A stretch of DNA of 64,000 bases. Source: Callorhinchus milii. Its lineage: Eukaryota. Shown here piece by piece: positions 35,068 to 48,135 of this stretch. Numbering within the stretch: position 1 is the first letter of the stretch; the number at the start of each line of letters is the position of its first letter. The notes beneath the pieces were generated by a model. The model was given only the letters and a program-made list of their open reading frames with translations. It ran no database searches and had not been told where the DNA came from. The DNA lies in the NCBI RefSeq assembly GCF_018977255.1, contig NW_024704743.1, positions 86,554,001 to 86,618,000 of the forward strand, given 5' to 3'. A program made the translations under genes and the position numbers.

Positions 35068-37112
35068 AGATGGAAGGCAGAAAAAGCATAAGGAAGTTTT
35101 GTCCAGAGTATCAGCCAATATGTACAATATGTATTTTATTCCGCATTCAGAGCCCTTTAGTGTACTTTGAAAACTCCTGCGCAAAATAACTCTTCCAGGC
35201 TGTGTTTCATTTCTGATTTTGTTTACTTCATCCTCACAGGAATCTCCAATTATTTTTCTTTCCTTTTGTGGCTGTCTGAAATGAACTCAGTGAAGTTCAG
35301 TGGCTGCATGTCCTATGAATCACTCTATGCAGTGGTTTATCTGAATTCTCTGAGTGTCTCACAATTCTGTTGCTGTCACGCAACTTTAAATACTTCACCC
35401 AAAAATCTACATCTTGGCACAGGCTTCTCATAAACGTTTCCTTTCTTTGTTTCCTTTTCTCCTCCCTTCCCCCAAATCATATTTTGTAGCAACCACTGGC
35501 ATACCTGTGGGCATTGTATGTTTATCGTGCTGCAGTTTTCCTCCACATCTCTCTTTTGTTACCAGTATCTACCTTTGAGCCTCTATTCTGCAAATTTTTC
35601 AAGCCGTTTGCATTGAGACAACTTGTCCTCAGTTATAAACACCTTGCAACCTGATCCAACAAAACAATAGCAGTTTCTCTCCTGAAACATATCTTGTTAT
35701 TGTTATCTTATTTTTGCTTTAACTTCAGTGTATATTACAGATACAGCAATTAAAAAGTTATCTTCTGTACTGTTTTCTCAGGGGAAGTAAGCTGAACTGG
35801 CTCCGATGTGATATGTTTGGCAACGGAATGTCAGAATCAAATGCACCCTCTGTGGTGGTCCAGTTCCTGAACCAGACTATGCTCCAGGGCACAGCCAGCC
35901 AGCCAGCCTGGCTCATCGGCAGGACTTGGAAGAGCAGTTCAGCCCCTGAAGCTAAAATAGATTTTTTAGCCTCAGTGATCAAATTCCAGACCCAAGCATT
36001 TTAGCTCAGCAATCCCTAATTCAGGTAGATATCATGAGAACACATTTTATGAAAAAAAACAAGGAACTGCACACTTTATTTGGAAAACAACTCTGTCTTA
36101 TGTAAAAAAAAATGATCACAAAGCAATGTGAAACGTTAAAGATGTATTTGGATACATGACGGAGAAGAGAATAGAGGCAAATGGGAAGACACCTTTCACA
36201 TCTGGGGTATGTCTCCTAGGGCTGTAAAACGCTAGTGACTATTTCATGGGCAAATATGGCAGCCAATTGGACACAGTAATATCCCTCAAACAGCCTTTAA
36301 ATGAATGACCAATTTTATTTGCAGGATTATCGACCAGGACACGGGGAGAAACTCCCTTTTCTTTTCAACTAGTGCCATAGGATCTTTACTGCATCTGAAC
36401 AGGCAGATGGGGCCTCGGTTTAACATTTCACCTGAAGGCACCTACAACAATGCAACATAACCCCATCATTCTAGTGCCAGTGTGAATTCAAAGTCTAAAC
36501 ATGGAGTATGAACCCAAGGAGCAGAAAAATTAGAATCAATGGGGCTGCTTTTGTATAGTTTGTAAATAGAGAAGCCTTGATAAGGCAAATGGTCATGTTT
36601 TCAGCCATTGCTTTCCACCCAATGGAAACACTTTGCTTTGGTGTCAAATGTGACAGGTCTATATCAGTGTTTGCAAACCAGGCTAATCCTAAGTATTCTG
36701 AGAATTGTGTCTGAAAGCAAATTCATCTGAACACAATCCTCAGGGCTCCATTAAGTCCTTGAGATTCATCAATTTTACTTAGTTTAAAGAGCAACTGTGA
36801 TAATCGTTTTTTTTAAAAAATGTTGTCAGCTGCTTTCCATCACTAATCTGATCTATGGAGGGATATAAATCCATTGCCAGATTCTGCTGCACAGGAAACC
36901 ACAGGTTTTCATCTTCCAAAGCCACGTTCTGTCCAGCATCACAGCAACCGAGGATCTTTGAAGCCATTCGAGAACTAGAAAAAAAATAGATTTCATCATG
37001 GACATAAAATTAAAATTGGAATGTGGTCAGGAATTTCTTCCACCGAAATATGTGCTTTCAGCAAATGCACTGAGGTGAAAGAAAGTGGGGAATGAATCTA
37101 TTTATCTTCTGA

Positions 37113-37231
37113 TTCAGAGGTGAGAGCAATACCAATTGAGCCAGGTTAACATATCACTTTAGGGATTGTATTCAGAGGTGAGAATGCTACCGACTGAGCC
37201 AGTTAACACATCACCTCAGAGATTATATTCA
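37113..37231 (-). repeat. ~58-bp tandem duplication containing a DeuSINE head
   Basis: TTCAGAGGTGAGA..TACC.A.TGAGCCAG.TTAACA.ATCAC..AG.GATT.TA occurs at 37113 and 37171. Confidence 0.75.
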
Positions 37232-37370
37232 CTTGACCTTTTTAGATATTTATAAGGAAGAGTTTTTTGTTTTCTTTTGATGGCAAGTCTCTATTTACAA
37301 CAACATTTTGTTTATTATCATTGCTGATAAACAAAAATGTAAATTATAATAACAATAAATACTTAGTTTT

Positions 37371-38019
37371 AATAATAATAATCCTTGCATTTGATATTGC
37401 GCTTTTCACGTCTTCTAGACGTCTCAAAGTGCTTCACAGAATATATTGTAAAGTGAATTGATTGTATAATAATAATAATCCTTGCATTTGATATAGCGCT
37501 TTTCACGTCGGGAGGACGTCCCAAAGCGCTTCACAGAACACACTGTAAAGTTAATTGACTGTATATTTGTGTGCGAACGCGGCAGCCAATTGCGCACAGC
37601 AATGTCCCAAACAGTCATGGATTGAAAATGACCAATTTATTATTGTTTTGTTTTTTTGGAGGGATTATTATTAGGTGTGTGGAGTAAGGAAACTTGCCCA
37701 AGGTTTCGCCCTGCCTGCGATTGAACTCAGGTCTCTCGCTTGCAAAGCGAGTGCTCTAACCACTGAGCTACAGGACTCCACGATTACATTTTTAATAAAT
37801 GTATAGTTGTGGGTGAAACCCGGCAGCCAATTGCGCACAGCAGTGTCCCACAAACAATTGTGGATTGAAGTGACCAATTAATTTTTGTTTTTTTTCTTGA
37901 GGGATTGTTATCAGACATGTGGAGTAAGGAAACTTGCCCATGGTTTCGCTCTGCCAGGAATCAAACCCAGGTCTCTCGCTTGTGAGGCGAGTGCTCTAAC
38001 CACTGAGCTACAGAACTCC
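37371..38019 (-). mobile_element. tRNA-Ala SINE (TAGAA loop), split into 37371-37467 and 37800-38019 by a younger copy
   Basis: The tail half and head half join into one consensus copy; TGTATA is duplicated at 37463 and 37800. Confidence 0.85.
37468..37779 (-). mobile_element. Young tRNA-Ala SINE (CTCCC loop), nested
   Basis: Full-length head-to-tail copy inside the previous element. Confidence 0.92.
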
Positions 38020-38776
38020 AGTTTTTTGTGTCCTGCTGATAAATGAAAAACAATCACAGGAATACTGTAGGATATTCTGACTATTAATAATTTGGGGGAG
38101 ACATTTATTAAAACCAGTACTTACATTTTTAATAAAAATACAGACAGATACTCGTGAAGTCATTGCACATTTTTATTGTTAAAAACTTTAAATTCTGATC
38201 CACTGTAAAAGCACTTGGCTACATCTTATTGTGAGCAATTATCAACAATGTAATATCTATCATCAGTGATAGTTAGCATAGAACATGTTGGGTGTTTCAC
38301 CGTCCATTTTGGGCAAGGTAAACTCACATATACCTCCGAACTGAAAAATATAATAATTTATGGTCCTGAGTCATTTTGATTCAGCTTTAATATTATGTAT
38401 TTAACTTGAAAATGGCTGTGGTCAGTACTTTGTCTACAACTAGAACAATGCACACCTGACTGAAGTGGGCTGAAGACAGTGAGGGGGAAAGATAACCGTA
38501 AGTGAAAGTATGGTCATTGAGGTAAGTCTTGAGGCTTTCAAAATGGAGAGGGAGGGGTAAGCTGGTGGGACTCTGGGATGAAGTTCCAGAGAATGAAGGC
38601 AGAATGGTTGACAACTCACTCACTTATGGTGAGTTGGATCAGGTAGGGACATGAAGTAGGCCAGTGCTTGCTGAGAGGAGGGAGTGGCCAGATCGGTGTT
38701 GTTGCAGGATGCAAGGACAGAGTGGGACAATGTCAAGAAGTGACTAAATCTTGAATTTAAGATGAAGAGCCAACAT

Positions 38777-39082
38777 GTAGCTCAGTGGTTAGAGCACTCG
38801 CCTTGCAAGGGAGACACCTGGGTTCAATTCCAGGTAGGGCGAAACCTTGGGCAAGTTTCCTTACTCCTCACGCCTAATAATAATCCCTCCAAAAAAAAAT
38901 AATAAATTGGTCATTTTCATTCCACGACTGTTTGTGGGACACTGCTGTGCACAATTGGCTGCTGCGTTTCACCCATAAATATACAGTCAATTCACTTTAC
39001 AGCATATTCTGTGAAGCGCTTTGAGACGTCTAGAAGACATGAAAAGCGCTATATCAGATGCAAGGATTATTATTATTATTAT
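38777..39082 (+). mobile_element. tRNA-Ala SINE (TAGAA loop) inserted in an old minus-strand L2 remnant (~38440-39150)
   Basis: Near full-length copy. AACAT occurs on both flanks, and antisense L2-like sequence resumes after the tail. Confidence 0.88.
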
Positions 39083-39268
39083 AACATAACCAGGCAAGGC
39101 TGGGAGTGATGGGCTCACAGAGCCTGGTGCCAGTGAATAAATGGTCTGCCTAGAATGGTACAAGAGAGAGCCTGAGTTACATCACAACTTGATAATCAAC
39201 AGAAAACAATGGGAGAGGAAACCACATATGAATTGATAAAGCTCAACAAGCACCATCAGCACAAAATA

Positions 39269-39906
39269 TAATAATAATAATCCTTGCATTTGATATAGCG
39301 CATTTCACGTCTTCGCGACGTCTCAGGGCGTGGAGTCCTGTAGCTCAGTGGTTAGAGCATTCGCTTTGCAAGCGAGAGACCTGAGTTCAATTCCAGGCAG
39401 GGAGAAACCTTGGGCAAGTTTCCTTACTCCACACGCCTAATAATAATCCCTCCAAAACCAAAAACAATAATAAAATTGGTCATTTTCAATCTACGACTGT
39501 TTGTGGGACATTGCTGTGCGCAATTGGCTGCCGCGTTCGCCCACAAATATACAGTCAATTCACTTTACAGTGTGTTCTGTGAAGCGCTTTGGGACGTCCT
39601 CCCGACGTGAAAAGCGCTATATCAAATGCAAAGATTATTATTATTATTATTATTATAAAGCACTTCACAGAATATACTATAAAGTGTACTTTTTGTGGGT
39701 GAAATGCAGCAGCCAATTGCGCACAGCAGTGTCCCACAAACAGTCATGGTTTGAAGTGACCAATTTATTATTATTTCTTTTTCTTGAAGGATTATTATCA
39801 GGCATGTGGAGTAAGGAAATTTGGACAAGGTTTCACCCTGCTGGGAATTGAACCCAGGTCTCTCGCATGCAAAGCGAATACTCGAACCACTGAGCTACAG
39901 GACTCC
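39269..39906 (-). mobile_element. tRNA-Ala SINE (GCGAA loop), split into 39269-39325 and 39657-39906
   Basis: Tail ..GACGTCTCA resumes as AAAGCACTTCACAGAATATAC after the inserted copy. Confidence 0.85.
39332..39656 (+). mobile_element. Young tRNA-Ala SINE (CTCCC loop), nested antisense
   Basis: Full length; about 5 differences from the 20669-20990 copy. Confidence 0.93.
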
Positions 39907-42137
39907 ACAAAAGTGCAGTTGTGGCACAAAATATAAAGCAGATGCCATTTAAATGATGATGTGCACAAAAAAAGACATTTTAAACCCATTGCTTCTTCCT
40001 TGACTCAACAAACATTTAATTTGACTATAATACCCTTGAATAGTGCACGTAACTAGGCAACCATGTTGTGCATACAACTTCCAATGTGCCTGCTCATTAT
40101 TTTCCTTGTACAATGCACACATTCACCTTTATTTCCAGTACTGACATATCACTTAGTGTGAAACACTAGGAGAGGGAGCAGAACAGTGGCTCCTGCAGTG
40201 AAAGGATAGCCCTCTCCGCCTACGATATTACTGTTTTAAAGTTTCTGCCTTTTGTTTTCAAAGTAAAGTTTCCCTTTTTCTGAAAGGCTGAAGCCCCATT
40301 GGGACACGAGTCATCTTTTGAAATGTTTGTGAGAGAAAGTATTTGAGATGTGCCAAGCTGTCATGATGCCGAAAATTCTCTGATGCACGTTGAAAAAAAA
40401 ATTAAATGGTACATCATGAAGCAACAACAAAGACCCATTTGCGTAAAAACACTGAAACCGATGCTACTTGTGCAGCAACATAAAGCAGAAAAAATGTTAC
40501 ATTTGAACCGGCACACAACCCATTTCATTTTGGTGCCAGCATTCAATGCAAGTATTTGCTATTACCAGCACAAATATATAATAAATCATGTCCAATAGTC
40601 TTGTTAAGTTAAAGTAAAAGAAATGTCAGCATCTTAGTGGATTTAATTAAATTGAGTTGATAAACAGGAAACGTCTTTATTCCACAATTGTTGCCGTGTA
40701 ACTGATGCTTTGTTGGCTGGTTTGATGTTAGCTCTGAATTTGATGACATGGGTTGGCAAATCCCAAGCTATTGGTTGATTCTGGAATTTCCTAACATCTG
40801 GTGTATACATGAAGCAGAGAAAAAACAACCGATGGGATTACAATGTAGCCCTGCTATTTTAAGGCTTTTGCTGAAGAACAAACTGAGCTCTGATCCAACT
40901 CAAATTTGTATCTAAGAACAGCCATTGCCGAGTCAACAAAACACAGAGTCACAACACTTTACAGTAAATCTCATGAGGTGTTTTGAGATATCGTCCTGAT
41001 ATGAAAGCTGCTAAATCAAATGCAGACTATTCAATTTTTTTTGTCTTTGCTAGAGTTGCAAGATAACTTTGTCAATGTTAGAAATGTTACTGCATTGTAA
41101 AATTACAGAATAATGTACAGGGCTGAAAGTGTACTGAATACCTTCTCCAACATTGCTTTAAATATATTGTGGACGAATCCTCACTGCAAAGAGTTATTTG
41201 ATCCAAAATTAAAGTTGTGTCATTTGCCCCGAACCTGAACATAGGCTAAGAGGCACCTTGTAAATCACAAGCTGCTGCCACTCGCAAAGTTAACCAAGCA
41301 ACTTGAAATACTTTGCAACCGTCAACTTCACATGCTAGGAGCTAATTATATGTTTTATTGCCGAGCATGCTCTGGTGATTTCCCTCCCCTCGCCCCCCCC
41401 CCCCCCCCCACCTTTGTTCCATGATTCAAAACCATTTGTGTAATGAAATGAACCACTTAATGGGAACACAGGCTGGTATTCCATTAATTGTGTTTACATT
41501 GCCCTCCCCCATTCCGTTTGTAAACTACCAAACTATGGGGAAAGGAGAGGTAAATGGGTCCAAAAGGATTGCACTTTTAAGAGCCAGCACAGACACGATG
41601 GGCTAAATGGCCTTCTTCTATGTTGTAAATGTTTATGGTTCTACTGGAACCCCACCATAAAATGCCTCTCTAGAGAGTGAATTCGATGTACAACAGGTTG
41701 CCAAGAAGGATAGTTGAGGCCAGGAGGCTGGATTCATTTAACAAACAGTTTGTGATGGGAGGACAGTAGGGTGGGTATTCTGGAAAGGTGAGATCATTGC
41801 GTGAAAAAGCCTGACTCCTGACCTGCCTGGCTTAGGAACAAGATCTCCAATACACATACCGAGGACTGTCTCGATTCCAACGTTCTGTTGCCAAGTACGT
41901 CACTTTGGAGCCAGCTCACACCCAAACCAATAATTAACAAATACATCTGTTGATATTGCAGATATTGCAATTTCAGGAATAATGATTGATTTTTTTTCAG
42001 ACCATTTAATGTAAAACAGTACATTTTGTCTATGTTCTTTCTTCTTATTATTTAATATTAGCTTACACCATCCCAATGAGAGCAAAGATTTTTTTTAAAA
42101 ATGAACCTCTTTCCTGCTAATTGAAAGCTTAGCTTTT

Positions 42138-42550
42138 GTGTGTCAAACTGGCTCAGTTGGTTACACTCTCACCTCTGAGTTGGAAGGTTGGAGGTTCAAG
42201 GCCCACGTCTGGACTTTGAATTTACAGTCTAGGCTGACATGCCAATGCAATGCTGGAGAGTGTTCTGCACTCTTGGAGATGCAGACTTTCAGATGAGATG
42301 TCTTGTCTTTAAGAGTGGGCATTTAAGATAATGTGGCTGTTTGAAAAGGGAAGGGAGATTCAATCCTGCAAATAAAGCTGGCCATTCATTTCATGGCTGT
42401 TCTTGGGACATTATTGTGTCAAATTGGCAACCATAGGCAACCACATTTGCCTACCAAATACATAGTCACTACACTTTACAGTGCATTCTGTGAAATGCTT
42501 TGAGGTGCCCTTCCAACTGTAAAGTACTATTTCAAATGAAACTATTACTT
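42138..42550 (+). mobile_element. Old full-length DeuSINE
   Basis: GGCTCAGTTGGTTACACTCTCACCTCTGAGT..GGTTCAAG head, Deu core and degenerate tail. Confidence 0.75.
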
Positions 42551-45089
42551 TTGTTATTAAGCATGAAGGATTGATACGAGCATGTTGTATACCATTTGCA
42601 TCAAAAACAGCAAGAGTCCTGGAAGGGATGATGCCCCTACAGCTCCTGGGCAACTCATACAATCTGGTTATTTACAACACTGTAAAATAATGTATCATTT
42701 TATACTTTTACAGATTAACCCTAATCCCAGACCCTGCCAAGCTGCTTCATATATTCCACACTAATTGTATCATTTATGTATTTTTGCTTATTAAAATGTC
42801 AAAACAGTCTTAAACATTTAGTTGTCAAATTTGACAATTGATTATAGTTTATTCCAAGACTTGAGAACTAAGGAAAATTCTTCAAGGAAAAAATAGATTA
42901 CAAGGAAATGGTGTTTTTGTATAGAGGGTTGTTGGAATGTGCAATGTATTACCACAAATGGCTGCTGAAATTGAGTCTACAGCTGCATTTATAAGGGAAC
43001 AGAATAAATATCTGAGAAAAAGTAGAATTAAAGCTCAAAGCGGAAATGGAAGGGAATGAGATTAGAGGATAGTTGCACTGGGAGAGCCAGCACCAACACA
43101 TATAATAATATTTTAGAATAATTATGATAGACAGCCATCTTATAACCACTATTCGTTTTTACAGTTATGACTGGATTCTTTTCCTGCTGATTTTCACACT
43201 ACCTCTCCAGAACTTACATAGAGTGTTACAAGGTGCTGCCCTGTGTGCGTGAAGGGCGCTATATAAAATCAACCCTAATGTTGTAGAGTGATATGGCATT
43301 GAAATAGCTATTTGGTCCATTCAGTTCAAGATAATGTTTATACTCCACACAACTCCCAATTCTACCTATTCCTCTCAACTATTCCTCTCTATTCGCTTCT
43401 CACTCATGTATGCAGCAAGTTTGCACCATTTTCACCACCTTCTGCATGAAGGAATTCCTCCTAAGCTCCCTATCAGATCTATTACCTCCCTTGGCTCCTT
43501 CCCCCGGTGCAGGCTAACAGTATCAAACACTTTGAGATGTCCTTTCTTGGTGATACAGCTGTGCGTCACACCTCAGCCACACTACCATGACTCAGGCATA
43601 TCTTGCAGGTGGATGCGGCAGGCAATTTGAGAGCAGCAATCTCCCACAACCAACCAGGAAGTGAATGACCAATCTTATTGGGGGGATTTTTGGCCAGAAC
43701 ACTTGAATAAGCGCCTTTCTCTTTTTTCAAAATAGCTGGGCCTTTCGTTTATTATTTTTATTGTTTTATTTGACTGTCTCACTCACTGCCATGATTCAGC
43801 TCCTAACTAAATAATGCTTTCATCCAGTCATTATGACAGCAAATGATTATGGGTACTTTCATTTCTATTGCTTCCACATTTCTTTGATAGAATGTATGAT
43901 ATACTTCAGAAACTGTTTGCTCATATTATAGAACAACTTGAATATAGCAACTTAAACCTACTGAATCTCTTCTCCCCCTTTACCCCTTCCTCAATGTTTA
44001 ACCCTGTATTTGTGACGCATTCTGAGAAGTTGTCCAATGTGTATAAATGTAATCTGTTAAATCTATGAAAACTCTCATTTAATTTCTTCAACCTGCAGTA
44101 CCCAGAGCTAAAAGATAATATGGTACCTCAAAAATGCACAATAATAAAATAATCCTTCCATATCATGTCGTCGAGACATCTCAAAACACATCCACAGTCT
44201 ATATTGAGCCTTGTTGCCCACACACCTGAAGGTCTGACTCTTGTGTTCATTCTGAATTATTGTGTTGTGCATCAAAATGCAACAATGGTGTGGATTGCAA
44301 TTTAACAATTGCAATATCTTTCTTAAATGTTATCCCTTGACATCATGTGTTGATCTCTAGACTTCTAGTATCTCCACTGACTTTTCTGGGAGAGTTCAAC
44401 TTTTCTAAACAAAGATTTAAGATTTTCTTAAAACCAGTCCACAATTTACAGCAGAAGTCTGTTTTAATGTGATTAGATGAGATTTAGTCCTGCAAAGTCC
44501 TGTCAAACAGACAAATGCCAAGTTTATAGCAGACCAGGAGGTTCATAACAAAGATAACATGGTTACTTGCAGTTTCAAAAGGTCAGGGAGGCCACATGTG
44601 GAGCATTGGGCCAAGTTGCGGCACTATTGTTATGAAATAAATAGAGATGTCAATTCTAGCTTACAGAACAGGAGCAAAGTTGACACGAGATATTAGATCA
44701 TTCAGCTAGGAGAGCTCAATATTTTCACACTATTTAAAGAAATGGATGGAAGGGTGAGGAGGAACGCAGGAGCAATAATTATAAACGTGAAGAGGAATAG
44801 GCTGCTTTTCCTCACACACTAGGGAATACTTTCCACAGGCTGGTAAATATACTGACCTTGGAGGTGCTTGGAATTGGTAGATCTAATTATAAACCCAGAA
44901 TGCCAAATAGGTAAATTTACAGGCAAACATAAATTCACCACCTCAAATCAGTCAATTTATGGAAGAGACTGCCACCTAGTGAAGCGAGTAGTGTTGCAAG
45001 CCAATAGGTTTTAGCTGACAAGCCAGTGCCAAAAGTAGGCTGAATGTCTTTAGCTGCCTAAAATCCAGAAGTACAACAGCAATAAAACA

Positions 45090-45508
45090 ATTACAATAAC
45101 ATCTTGCATCTATATAGTGTGCTTCACGCGGGTTAGCGTCCCAGAGCACTCTATACTGTAGAAAGTTGTGACTGTGAATTTTGTTATAATCTATTTTGTA
45201 GGTGAATGTGACAACCAATTTGGGCAAAACAATGTTCTGCAAGCATTCATGAAGTAAGTGATCAATTTTATCTGAGGGATTGATGGTCAGGCTACCGAAT
45301 GAACTTTAGCTGCACCTGAACAGACAGACAGGACTTCAGTTTAATTTCGGATCTGAAGGATGGCATTTCCACAACAATACAGCACACTCCATCACTGCAT
45401 TGAAGTGTTAAGCTAGACTATGTGAGTTCAAAGTCCTGACATGGGTCTTGAACCCACAACTTTCTGATTCAGAGTTAAGAATCCCAACAACTGAGCCAGA
45501 CTGACACT
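45090..45508 (-). mobile_element. Old full-length DeuSINE
   Basis: Reverse-complemented head (CTTGAACCCACAAC..CAACTGAGCCAGACTGACAC), Deu core and tail. Confidence 0.72.
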
Positions 45509-47321
45509 TAATATGGAACTCTCAATAGTTTGGTTTACAAACTCTTTAGCATAGTGATAGGTTTCTGTATGTATCATACACCACCAAAAAAACATCAGAT
45601 TACACAAAACATCTTGTCTGGCATCATGTTCTGTGTACTGCTGTGATCCTGACTTCATTGTGACAGAAAATGTTATCGCTGAGAAAATTAACTGTCAGAG
45701 CTACAATATTGAATTAGTGTGCTTGGTGGTGACATTGACGTGAATTCTGCAGTACCCTTGAGTCCTAATTGTCTCTGCTGACATTAGCTAAACTCATTCA
45801 CAGTACTTGCTCAGCACAGGTAAGTCCTCAGCATATTTTCTCAAAGCAACAATGGAAAGAACATTTTTTTTGCAGTCAAATGATTTTTTAAAAGGTTTTG
45901 TTCTTGTTCTGTAATGAGAGGATAACATTACATAATAATAAAATAATAATACTTGCATATGATATAGAGCCTATAATGTCAAAACAGCAGCAGGAGGGAA
46001 AACTGAATTAATTCAGTCGGTACTCACGTCTTCTTCACTCAAATATTGCGCTTTTCAATCAGGGAAGCTTTTCATCACTGGGATAATATCCCTGTATAAT
46101 ATCATTGTACCGAGGCTGAGAAGAGAGGTGGATGCTGTGGAACGTGAGATATGCATGGATGAGGGAATCATTAAGAAATGATTAGTAGCACGTGTTTCAC
46201 ATGGAACTGTGTGGTGCCCAAGGAGCGCTGCCTGCACTCAGTCAGTTACAGGCATTGAAAATCAAGCAGCTATTTACAAAGGGGATGTGGTTAAGGCCGT
46301 TAATAATTTAACTGTGTTAGTATGAAGGAAATGTTGTTATGGGGGCAAACACGGCAGCTAATTTGCACCAGCAATATCCTACAAATAACAATGGGATGAA
46401 TAAACAATTAATTATCATAGAATCAGAGAATTATACAGCATAGAAGGAGGACATTTGGCCCATCATGTCCATGTTGGCTCTTTGAAAGAGTTGTCCAAAT
46501 TAATCCCCTTCCCTTGCTCTCTCCCTATAGCTCTGCAAATTTGTCCTCCCCACCCACATATCTATCTACTTCTCTCTTGAAAGTTGTCATCAAATCGGCT
46601 TCCACCAGACTTTCAGGCAATGCATTCCAGATCCAAACAACTTGCTGTGTGAAACCTCTATTAAATCTTCCCTTAACCTTCTCTGCTCCAAAGAGAATAA
46701 TCCTAGCTTCTCTAGCCTCTCCTCATAACTGAGGTCTCTCATTCCTAGTATCACCCTGGTAAATCTCCTCTGCAACCTCTCCACAGCCTTGACATCCTTT
46801 ATAAAATGTGGTGCCCAGAATGGAGCACAGTACTCTAGCTGAGGCCTAACCAATGTTTTATGAGGTTCATCATAACCTCCTGACTTTTGTATTCTATACC
46901 CCAATTTATAAAGCAGCGTATCCCGTATGCTTTTTTCTACAGCTTTATCTACCAGTCCTGCCATCTTCAAATATTTGCTTATATGGACCATCAGATCTCT
47001 CTGTTCCTGCACCGCATTTAAGGTTATACCATCTATTTTATAGCTTAGCATACAGCTTAAGATTGTACCATGTAGGAGGATTGAAAGATTGTGGCCAGAG
47101 CTTTCGCTATTTCCACCCTTACTTCCCTCAGAAACCTAGGATGCATCCTATCCAGACTGGGTGACTTATCTACCTTGAGCACCGTCAAACCTTTAGTGCC
47201 TACTCTGATTATTTTTATCCTATCCAATTTCTCTCCCCTCTTCTCTGATACTGTGGCATTGGCTGCATCCTCTTCTGCTGTGAAGACAGATACAAAGTAT
47301 TCATTCAGTACATCAACTTCC

Positions 47322-48044
47322 ACATGTGTGCAGATGACACTCAACTTTATCTCTCTGCCTCCACCCTTGACTCCAGGACCCCTGCTGTCCTGACAGAATG
47401 TCTGTCAGACATCAAGTCCTGGATGAGAGATAACTTTCTTCAGTTGAACATCAACAAGATCGAGGCTCTCCTGATTGGCTTCCGTCAGCTCCTCCTCACC
47501 TCAGGCGTTGACAGTATCACCATCCAAGGATGCACACTCCACCTTATTAAGCCATTCCAGAACCTTGCTGTCCTGTTTGACTATCCTTTCTACCCCACAT
47601 CAGTGCCATGACTCACTCTGCCTTCCCCCACATCCACAACATTGCCCGATTCTGCCACTGTCTCACACCACAGGTAGCCGAAATCCACATACGCACATTC
47701 ATAACATCCAGGCTTGACTATGCAAACTCCCACTTGTCAGCATCCAGAACTCTGCAGCCCATGTCATCTCCCGCACTAAGCTCCGTGGCCCTATCACCCC
47801 CATCCTCGCCCGACTCCACTGTCTTCCCATTACAAAAAGGATACAGATCAAGTTCAAGATCAGTCCTCACCTTCACAGCCCTCCGTGGCCTTGCTCCCTG
47901 CTACATCCACAACTTCTTAACCTCTACCAACCTGCCCATTACCTCCGCTCAGCGGGTTCCGGCCTGCATTACATCCCCCGCCTCATCTGCCCCACCATTG
48001 GCGGGCGAGCCTTTATCCATTCTGCCCCTATCTCTGGAATTCCA
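47322..48044 (+). mobile_element. L2 fragment lacking its 3' tail, inside CR1
   Basis: [29 protein letters not shown] and FITSRLDYANS motifs. Confidence 0.88.
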
Positions 48045-48135
48045 CCTAACCAGCCCCACAATATCTTTGACTAACATTTTACTCTTTATATGCTTATAAA
48101 ATACTTTAGGGTTCCCTTTTATGTTATCGCTAATC

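Noticed and set aside
37371..39906. CRISPR-like or regular repeat-spacer array
   Set aside because: The repeats are ~320-nt SINE copies in mixed orientation with irregular spacing; the context is eukaryotic and there are no cas genes.
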